A DNA stretch of 64,000 nucleotides from Bacteroidia bacterium (GTDB taxonomy: Bacteria; Bacteroidota; Bacteroidia; NS11-12g; UBA9320). The notes under the pieces were generated by a model. It saw nothing but the letters and a program-made list of their open reading frames with translations, was not told the origin of the DNA and made no database searches. A program made the position numbers and the translations under genes. Each line of letters begins with the position of its first letter. Position 1 is the stretch's first letter. Positions 1-7,018 of this stretch are shown piece by piece. The DNA lies in assembly GCA_965216465.1 (NCBI GenBank), contig CBDCFW010000001.1, positions 1-64,000 on the forward strand, read 5' to 3'.

Positions 1-312
1 AAAAATTGCCTCAACTCTTTTTAGTTGCTCTTCAACTCTGTCATTTAGGTTATCAGGTGTCATTAAAACACTTACCACATCAGTTGAGAAAACCTTCTTG
101 GCTCTATTGAAAAACGATTTCCAATCGTTTACTAGAGTTTGTTTTTTGTTGTCTCGGTTTCTTTTCCACTCGTCAATAACATTTTCAGGGAGTAATATTT
201 TGACATGGCCGTTTTCAATCCAGTATTCTAATGAATCAATAAAATTATTTTCCTCTCCGCTCTCTTTAAGAGAGTTTAGCCAAATGTCGCTATCCAAAGT
301 GAGGTAGATCAT
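1..312 (-). CDS. PIN-like domain protein (DUF4935-like), runs off the left edge of the window
   Basis: Not in the ORF track. Manual translation from ATG at 312 is open to position 1: MIYLTLDSDIWLNSLKES...HVKILLPENVIDEWKRNR. The hhhD(S/T)xhW start and LLPExVxxEW motif resemble PIN-fold proteins. Confidence 0.65.
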   Translation of the reverse strand, partial: MIYLTLDSDIWLNSLKESGEENNFIDSLEYWIENGHVKILLPENVIDEWKRNRDNKKQTLVNDWKSFFNRAKKVFSTDVVSVLMTPDNLNDRVEEQLKRVEAIF

Positions 313-340
313 CAATTCTATTTCTCGGTTATTTTTTCAG

Positions 341-399
341 CATGACCGCCAACAATTGTATACGAGGACAAAAGTTCCTCATACACAACTTATGTGCTT
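341..399 (-). mobile_element. attC-like imperfect palindrome upstream of the PIN-like gene
   Basis: Arms ttgtatacgagga (356-368) and tcctcatacacaa (376-388) pair imperfectly. On the minus strand the hairpin is followed by GTTGGCGGT, about 40 nt before the ATG. Confidence 0.35.
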
Positions 400-619
400 A
401 TTCAAATTTATCGCTGAAAGCCCGTAATTCTAAGGATTTTTTCCTAAGCTTGGAAATATTCCGCAATTGCGTTTATCCAGCTAACCTCAAAAAGTTCTGT
501 TCAAAACTGACCTAGTTCAGGTGCCACAGAGAAATTAACCCACTGGAGAGCGATTTTTTTAGAACATAAATCGCCAAATAATCAATCATTTAATTTTTCA
601 AAAAGTTCGACATAAGGAT

Positions 620-631
620 TGTCGAGGCTAC
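620..631 (+). mobile_element. possible duplicated tRNA 3' end (att-site remnant)
   Basis: TGTCGAGGCTAC resembles a tRNA T-stem/acceptor 3' end and directly precedes an orphan terminator with no upstream plus-strand gene. Confidence 0.3.
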
Positions 632-633
632 TG

Positions 634-664
634 AAAAGGCTTCCAATTTTGGAGGCCTTTTTTA
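634..664 (+). terminator. rho-independent terminator (possibly bidirectional)
   Basis: aaaaggcttcca-attt-tggaggcctttt followed by a T-run. Confidence 0.75.
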
Positions 665-847
665 TTTCTCTATAAAGTGTTGTTTTTCAGTAAAGTGCAC
701 AGGCCTTAACTGAAGTGAAAAGTTCGACCTGAGGTTCGATTCTGCTCGTGGCTTTTTCACTTTTTAGACATAACATTTTGTAAATCTGAAAGTTAGATGA
801 GTTCGGAATTTACAGAAATAAAATCAGAACCTCTGAATATTCGCATC

Positions 848-862
848 TGGCATAAGTCTTGT
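848..862 (+). promoter_or_regulatory. sigma-54 (-24/-12) promoter
   Basis: TGGCAT-AAGTC-TTGT has the TGGCAC-N5-TTGC spacing and lies 25 nt upstream of the ATG at 888. Confidence 0.55.
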
Positions 863-887
863 GCTCTATAGTGCAAAATCACATCTT

Positions 888-1318
888 ATGAAATCTACAA
901 TTACATCCAACAAATCAAAACTTGCATTAAGCCTCCTTATTTTTTTCTTCTCGACAATTGCTCTATTTGGCTTCAAAGATCACAATGCTCAAGCAAAGCA
1001 GTACATGTGCATTACTGTAGATGAGCAACATGACTATCAAATTATATACATTTCGGCTGCTAATAAGCCTATGGAAAGAATTGCCGTATTAGACCCCGCA
1101 CGAACAACGCGGTTTAACTTTCTCAAAAAGACTACACTAAGCGTGGATTTACCATCGACCAAAGGTCGCTTCAATACATTTATGACTACAGTGCTGCATT
1201 CGAAATTGTTAACAAATACGAAAAACAAGGATGGAAATTAGTGAGTCACGGAATCGGATCAAGCGGGTATGACGACATTTCTGACCATAGAAGCAGTCAG
1301 TTTTTGATGACGAGGTAG
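888..1318 (+). pseudogene. small exported protein split by a frameshift (true pseudogene or assembly indel)
   Basis: Signal-peptide-like N-terminus from ATG 888. One extra A in the A5 run at 1125-1129 joins it to ...DYTKRGFTIDQRSLQYIYDYSAAFEIVNKYEKQGWKLVSHG...MTR* (stop 1316-1318), giving 143 aa. Confidence 0.6.
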
Positions 1319-1631
1319 AGCAAGTCTTGAGATATAGCCTATGCAAATTCGAGGGTTAATCATGGTCTAAACAGTCTATTTGCCACTCTTGTGAACTACA
1401 ATCATAAGGCAAGAATTTATCTTAATGAAAATTAGTGTCGTCTCTATCATGTGTTATACACTTTAATAAATCAGCTCTCAGTATTCCCATTGATGTTTCA
1501 TAAAACTAGACTTGAACCAAGTAATGTGAATTGAATCGAATTGGCTCAATATTCTAACATGTGACAACAGCGTTGACAAAATGTGAGCATTTGATGCCTT
1601 CTGGTAGTCACTTAATCGATTTAAGCAATGT

Positions 1632-1639
1632 TACCTTTG
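1632..1639 (+). promoter_or_regulatory. Bacteroidota housekeeping promoter -7 element (TAnnTTTG)
   Basis: TACCTTTG(C) immediately before the first helix of the candidate ncRNA. No -33 TTTG at the usual spacing. Confidence 0.55.
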
Positions 1640-1642
1640 CTG

Positions 1643-2050
1643 AATCTGTTGTTTCACATCTACCAGTTTGTAGTCTAGACACTTTATGGCTCCTGTTGAA
1701 ACTTGAAGTAGACCTATCATCCAGATGGGAATTTATATTCGAAGTCAATCAGCTTGAAAGTTAAAGGTTGGGTCCAAACATTTGTGGGAATAGATTATCA
1801 CTCTTTAGACCTAATTAATCTAAAGAGTGTGAGGTCAGCAAGTAATTAGTGCTGATATCGAAAGGCATGAGTCTTAGGCATTATTTGAAAGATAACAAAT
1901 ATGCTGAACATGTTTTTGGTCACTGATACCAGTTTGGTATTGAGTGAATGTAGGTTTAATTCCACCTGAAGAAAAGAATTGTGAGGCATAGTATGCCTCG
2001 AAAAGAATCATTTAATAAAAGACCAGAGCGAATAGTTCTGGTCTTTTTTT
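1643..2050 (+). ncRNA. candidate large structured non-coding RNA (~405 nt), family unassigned
   Basis: No credible ORF. Helices 1643-1658/1783-1796, 1711-1716/1769-1774, 1799-1809/1819-1829, 1834-1840/1850-1856, 1861-1869/1909-1917, 1920-1931/1935-1947, 1951-1955/1964-1968 and 1982-1989/1993-2000. Bounded by a promoter motif and a terminator. Confidence 0.65.
2017..2050. terminator. bidirectional rho-independent terminator
   Basis: aaaagaccagagc-gaata-gttctggtcttttttt; T7 on the + strand, shorter T-run on the - strand. Confidence 0.85.
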
Positions 2051-2074
2051 GCTTTATAGGATAGCTACTGAAGG

Positions 2075-4063
2075 TCAATTATCATCATTCCACAGATAGT
2101 CTGCTATCTCCATAAGTAGAACGCTGTTATCAAAGATGCCAGCACCCATAAAATCATCTGGAATGCAAGAATCTACGAATCTTGAGAATTCGATGTTATA
2201 AGAATTGATGTGCTGTCCATTGTATTCAAAATGCCAAGGAAGATTCCAAGGTAACGTAGACACATAATAATTGCGTGCAATGTTCAATGTATCATTGTTT
2301 TGATTGACAATCAAAATTTTGAACCAATTGCTAGTTGTACTCCAAACTCCTTCGCGTTGCTCAAAAATTGCTGATATGATGTGATCATCCAAACTGTCAA
2401 GCTTTGAGGGAATGGCGTAATAAAAGTCTTTATCCACCTTCTTTTTTGAACCGTAGCTATAATCTTTTTGCTTTAAGCGTTTGTCAACCTTTGACAAGTA
2501 CTTCTCTATATCTTCAGCTGTAATTTTGAAATCTTTTAGTACAGGTCTTCTTGATGGATTTGAATTCACAATTTTCAGGGCATCATTCAATTGAGCATCT
2601 TCTATACTATTCTTATAGCTACTTGTTTCTTTGTCGTAAAAATCACTGCCCACAACGGCACTTGCAGCAAAGTTGGAATCACTAGTTCTTTTGTAGGCAA
2701 TATCATCGCTGGAGCTATGAAAGCAGCCTCTACTTCCGGAGCTAATTACAAACAAGCTAACCGGAGACTTCAAGAATGTTTGCAAGGGAGATTCTGGGTA
2801 ATATTTTGTGGCTTCGTGAGTTCTCAACGAATAGGTGTAGTTTTTGGTTCCATTCCACAGTATAGCTAGACTATCATCGACTAATTTGAAATCTGAAACA
2901 CTGAAATTGAGGGCATTTTCTCGATACCAGCCTGAGTCATCATCCTGGAGGTAAATTTGGTCTTTGTTTATTCCCCATTTCAGGTTTAATCCCTGTTTCA
3001 CTAATCTGGGTTTAGAAATCTTTTTGTCATGGGTATAGGGTATGGAGCGTGTCAACCCTCCTTGGTTGACTTTATATACATCATATCCTCTTATCACAAC
3101 AAATAAAGAACCATTCACAGCTTTAATATCAATAGGATAGTTCACCAAACTGTAGTTGGTAAACTGAGAATAATTACTTGGGGTAAAAAATGATAAAATT
3201 TTTAAATCACTCGTAACTGCGAACAGCTGGTTGGTCGTTTTATCGAAATCAAAATCAAAAAGATTGCTTGCAAAAGGTTTCCAATCGATATTGTCTTTAT
3301 CGGAATAAAAAATTTGACCATTCTGACTTACAACCAAGTACTTTTTCCAAATTGCAACTCGGGATATTCTATTGTCAACATATCCCCTTGTTTCATCAGG
3401 CTTGTACTTATTCTGATCTAGTGGAGTTTCTATATGCTTTACGCTTTTCCAATTGTCATCAGTAGTTATTATTTCATTTTCGTCTGAACCAGCAATGCCA
3501 ATCTCTGGGTTCTTCATGAATAAGCTATAGGTTCTGTCGCAAGATTTATAGGGCAGCTTAATAGTAGTCCAGCTCTTTCCATAGTCGCTGGAGTAATACA
3601 TTTTCTTGGATAGTCCTCCCATCCAAGCATTCCCTTCACTGTCAACGGTTACTGTATAAATCCAAGAGTTCCCTCCATAGTCTAGAAGCTCCCAACTCCT
3701 TCCTCCGTCGGTTGTTCTGAAATAGCCATTTTTTTTGTATTCTTTTTGACTATGAGAAATGTAACCTGTCATAATCGCTGTATCCTTATTGAAGAATGAA
3801 ATTCTATCCAAATTCGGATGATCTAATCCTGAGTCGTCTTCTGATTCATATAACGGAGTGCCATAATGCCAATTCGAATCAATGTGATTTGTATAATAAG
3901 TCTTACCCATAGCCGTTGTCAGCCAAATCCGCTCATCTGGAGAAACTGAGATATCTGAAACGCGCCCTCGTATACCAAGCTCTGCCCTCCTGTCTTTTTG
4001 TTGTCCATAAGCATCTACTACAAGAAGAATTGCCAATATGCAGACAACTCTTTTAAGTTTCAT
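2075..4063 (-). CDS. secreted BNR/Asp-box beta-propeller protein (Ycf48-like)
   Basis: Asp-boxes RTTDGGRSW, SSDYGKSW and TTDDNWKS. Signal peptide from ATG 4063 (MKLKRVVCILAILLVVDAYG). Confidence 0.8.
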   Translation of the reverse strand: MKLKRVVCILAILLVVDAYGQQKDRRAELGIRGRVSDISVSPDERIWLTTAMGKTYYTNHIDSNWHYGTPLYESEDDSGLDHPNLDRISFFNKDTAIMTGYISHSQKEYKKNGYFRTTDGGRSWELLDYGGNSWIYTVTVDSEGNAWMGGLSKKMYYSSDYGKSWTTIKLPYKSCDRTYSLFMKNPEIGIAGSDENEIITTDDNWKSVKHIETPLDQNKYKPDETRGYVDNRISRVAIWKKYLVVSQNGQIFYSDKDNIDWKPFASNLFDFDFDKTTNQLFAVTSDLKILSFFTPSNYSQFTNYSLVNYPIDIKAVNGSLFVVIRGYDVYKVNQGGLTRSIPYTHDKKISKPRLVKQGLNLKWGINKDQIYLQDDDSGWYRENALNFSVSDFKLVDDSLAILWNGTKNYTYSLRTHEATKYYPESPLQTFLKSPVSLFVISSGSRGCFHSSSDDIAYKRTSDSNFAASAVVGSDFYDKETSSYKNSIEDAQLNDALKIVNSNPSRRPVLKDFKITAEDIEKYLSKVDKRLKQKDYSYGSKKKVDKDFYYAIPSKLDSLDDHIISAIFEQREGVWSTTSNWFKILIVNQNNDTLNIARNYYVSTLPWNLPWHFEYNGQHINSYNIEFSRFVDSCIPDDFMGAGIFDNSVLLMEIADYLWNDDN

Positions 4064-4145
4064 AAGATTTATTGTTCGAAGGGCTTTCATACTTTCATAG
4101 TGAGAACGAATTTTTAGATACAATAGTCTGTGGCTTAGATTCACT

Positions 4146-4853
4146 TCAATAATTTGCCGATCGCTCAACCGTATCAATATTGTAATTGAATTCAACCAAT
4201 CCACAGTTCAGTTCTTTTACGGGGCCCGTTGCTTCAAACGCAAACTTTTCTAACGCCTTAATCGATATCTCATAAAGGTAATTTGAGTTGGTTGTGCTTT
4301 TTGTAGATTTCTTGGTATAATCATCTAGAATTAATCCGTTGGAGTCTAAGCAAACCTCTAAAAACACGATTCCTTGATCATCAGAAGAATTGCCGGGTCT
4401 CAGTCGACGGATATCTTTAAAATTGTCGAAGTGTGTAACCGCTGGATAAGAAACATAAGCAAATTTTGAAGACGAAGTATCTCGTCTTCTTGAATATCCT
4501 TCACCGCTTCTATCTGGCCTATTCATGCTTCTCATGTTTTTCATCTCTTCATAAAACAATAGAGATTCTTGCGGTTTAACTTCAACAGGCTCCTCTTTAA
4601 CAACTTGAATATCTCGATTTTCTGGTTGATTTATTGGGGATGGCTTTGGCGTTAAAACCTTTGACTCGGGCATATCCGCTATAGGTTCTGGGGCTGCAGT
4701 ATCTGATTGATTAGGAGATTGAATCTCAATATCAGAAATAGTATCGATTTGTGCAGTGGTTTCAGCCTCATGTTCATCCTCAGATGATTTATTCTGAGAA
4801 GTTTCCGAACAGGCAAAAAAGAATAAAAGCAAGATGGGTAGCCATTTAGTCAT
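4146..4853 (-). CDS. lipoprotein with Pro-rich linker and TonB C-terminal-like domain
   Basis: Lipobox FFAC, P/E-rich linker, C-terminal GIVFLEVCLDSNG...STTN...FAFE...GLVEFNY resembling Bacteroidota TonB_C. Confidence 0.6.
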   Translation of the reverse strand: MTKWLPILLLFFFACSETSQNKSSEDEHEAETTAQIDTISDIEIQSPNQSDTAAPEPIADMPESKVLTPKPSPINQPENRDIQVVKEEPVEVKPQESLLFYEEMKNMRSMNRPDRSGEGYSRRRDTSSSKFAYVSYPAVTHFDNFKDIRRLRPGNSSDDQGIVFLEVCLDSNGLILDDYTKKSTKSTTNSNYLYEISIKALEKFAFEATGPVKELNCGLVEFNYNIDTVERSANY

Positions 4854-4903
4854 AGAGCAAACTTACAAAACAAGAGACAACTGAATCTAAGCTATTTGAT
4901 TAT

Positions 4904-5665
4904 CTATTCCTTATTACTTGGTACGGATACATCCTGAAATGTCAACATTTCAAACATGCGGTCTGAGGCCCCTTGATAAAACCCAGCTTCTTCTGGAAAT
5001 TCTTTTGGATTTCTAAACGTTCCAAAAATTATATCAAAGATGGGTAAGTCTGAATAATTGAAGTGATGTACGCCTTTTTCGTGATGTACACTGTGACTTT
5101 CTGGACGTTGAACGATATAACCTAGCCATTGTGGAGTTTTGAGGTTGGCATGCTGCAGGAGCGCCAGAAACGTAATGGTAATCAAATTATAGGTTACCAC
5201 CTGTGGCTCAATTCCAATGCAAAGTGCATAGGTTAAGGTGCCAATAAGTGTGAATCCTATCATATCATTCAAACTGAAGTAATTAGCTCCGGGAATATCT
5301 ACTCGTTCAGCGCTGTGATGCATTTGGTGAAACACCTTCCACAGCAGATCTGATTTGTGCATCGCCCAATGCCATACATAGGTAAAGAATTCGTAGATCA
5401 GCAATCCAACTATAAACTGGGTCCAAAGCGGCCATTCGCGTAAATTTAGCAACTGCCACTGCTCTACATGAGGATCCACAAATAGCGGCAAGTAGTTTGA
5501 TACATAAAAGTAGATAAAGAAGAATAACATACCTTTGACTACCCAATTTTTTACTTGCAGTTGTTCTCTTGCAGGAAAAATGCGTTCTATAAAGAAGAGA
5601 AAAAAATACATCCCGATAAACAATAACGAGATAGGATCCAGAAGGATTTCAATGGGGTTTGGCAT
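4904..5665 (-). CDS. sterol desaturase / fatty acid hydroxylase family protein
   Basis: His boxes HWAMH, HQMHH, HAN and HSVHH; TM helices; probable start MPNP at 5665. Confidence 0.9.
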   Translation of the reverse strand: MPNPIEILLDPISLLFIGMYFFLFFIERIFPAREQLQVKNWVVKGMLFFFIYFYVSNYLPLFVDPHVEQWQLLNLREWPLWTQFIVGLLIYEFFTYVWHWAMHKSDLLWKVFHQMHHSAERVDIPGANYFSLNDMIGFTLIGTLTYALCIGIEPQVVTYNLITITFLALLQHANLKTPQWLGYIVQRPESHSVHHEKGVHHFNYSDLPIFDIIFGTFRNPKEFPEEAGFYQGASDRMFEMLTFQDVSVPSNKE

Positions 5666-5825
5666 AGTTAGTGGTTTTTGAGTTTGAGGCCAATTTACAA
5701 CATTTAATCGTTTAATCAACAGAATCTTCTAAACTCACCGGTCTAAATCTTAATAACAAATCGGTTCAAATCACTCTGGCTGAATCCATTATAGAAGCAA
5801 CTAGTATTTAGCCATTTATACCAAA

Positions 5826-5856
5826 GAAGGGTCCTGTTTCCAGAACCCTTGTTTTA
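5826..5856 (-). terminator. rho-independent terminator
   Basis: Minus strand aagggttctg-gaaa-caggaccctt-cttt, just after the stop at 5874. Confidence 0.7.
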
Positions 5857-5873
5857 TTCTTAGCTTAATATTC

Positions 5874-6446
5874 TTACTCCTCAGTGTCTCCTTCTTCCTC
5901 TTCTTCCTCCTCTTCTGAATCTTCTTCATCCTCATCAAACAATACGCGGGCTAATCCTCCTGTATCTCCGTAGAACTGTTGAACACGGATTTTTCCTTCT
6001 TCGTCAAAATCATACGAATGATAGGTTTTGATAATTGCTGATTTTGCCTCCGTAGAATCGGTTGCGGCCACAGACACTTCCCAAAGTCCATAAAAACGAA
6101 CCGAACCGTCGGCTTGCTTAGTGTCTGCCGATACTCCAGGCAAAAAAGTTATTGGATCGGAAAGCAGCTTAAAGTCTAAAGCTTCCCAATTTCTTATATC
6201 CGATTTTTTCATGTCGTCAAGAGACATAGAATCCGGACTTCCTAGTCCTGTTGGAATTAGCATAAAATCGTCGGAATAAATGGCATCGTAGTCTATGCTC
6301 TCTGCTTGCCATCCTTCGAGCATTGCCATTATGGTCTTTGAGTTTTCTTCAAAAAGGGCTTGAGCATCGTTGCCAGCCTCTTCGGTTTGGGTCGCACATC
6401 CGACCAAAATGAGGACACTAAAAAGTGTTAAATAAGTAAATTTCAT
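5874..6446 (-). CDS. NTF2/SnoaL-like lipoprotein with acidic tail
   Basis: Lipobox LVGC; YDFDEEGKI C-terminal strand motif; poly-Glu tail. Confidence 0.7.
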   Translation of the reverse strand: MKFTYLTLFSVLILVGCATQTEEAGNDAQALFEENSKTIMAMLEGWQAESIDYDAIYSDDFMLIPTGLGSPDSMSLDDMKKSDIRNWEALDFKLLSDPITFLPGVSADTKQADGSVRFYGLWEVSVAATDSTEAKSAIIKTYHSYDFDEEGKIRVQQFYGDTGGLARVLFDEDEEDSEEEEEEEEGDTEE

Positions 6447-6565
6447 GTGTAGGTTGTTAATTAATTAGCTTATAAAGCTAAGCAATAGTGAGCGGAAGTG
6501 CAAGAGTTATGAGCTGTTCGAACCGTGTTCTGCATTAAACTTGATTGATTGGCCAAGCATTTATT

Positions 6566-7018
6566 CTAATCTTTGAGTGAATTGTTATGCTTAAAATGTT
6601 CTTTAAACCTAAGTGCCTCAGATGTGCAATAAATGGATAATCCGATCCATGCTGTGAAGTATCCGAAATTAGTCCTTGTTTGAGTGATTTCCGGGTAATA
6701 AAAGAATTCAAATAGGATATATGCAACCAATCCAAACATGGTAAGAACATAAACATAGATAAGCGCAGCTGATAGTAGCTTTCTGAATCCTCCAAGCCCA
6801 ACTAGGTGAATCATGCGATTGACAATAAGAGTACATGACAGTAAAATCAATGGAAGGCCAATTAACACATCCCTGTTCTTCATTTCTGCATGCACATTGT
6901 GAAATTCAAGTACATGACTTCCATTTATATTTAACCGCGTTATAATTGCCCCTCCCAGCACTATAAGTACCATAGAAACTAAATGGTCCTTTAAAAAATT
7001 AGACTTTTTATTGATCAT
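6566..7018 (-). CDS. hypothetical membrane protein (about 4 TM)
   Basis: Hydrophobic helices; overlaps the cyclase stop codon, suggesting an operon. Confidence 0.7.
   Translation of the reverse strand: MINKKSNFLKDHLVSMVLIVLGGAIITRLNINGSHVLEFHNVHAEMKNRDVLIGLPLILLSCTLIVNRMIHLVGLGGFRKLLSAALIYVYVLTMFGLVAYILFEFFYYPEITQTRTNFGYFTAWIGLSIYCTSEALRFKEHFKHNNSLKD

Noticed and set aside
98-307. 69-aa plus-strand ORF
   Set aside because: Antisense shadow of the more protein-like minus-strand PIN-like ORF (1-312).
725-755. GGTTCGATTC, resembling a tRNA T-loop
   Set aside because: No acceptor stem, D-arm or anticodon arm can be built around it.
1561-1764. 67-aa GTG-start ORF overlapping the candidate ncRNA
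   Set aside because: No recognisable motif, it spans the promoter motif, and the region is better explained by RNA structure.
1643-2050. Identification as tmRNA, RNase P RNA, riboswitch, group II intron or CRISPR array
   Set aside because: No tRNA-like ends or tag ORF, no GAGGAAAGUCC, no downstream same-strand gene, no GUGCG start or domain V, and no repeated units.
5730-5772. Loose direct repeat (CGGTnnAAATC twice, 23 bp apart) upstream of the desaturase
   Set aside because: Could be a regulator site but is too short and degenerate to support.
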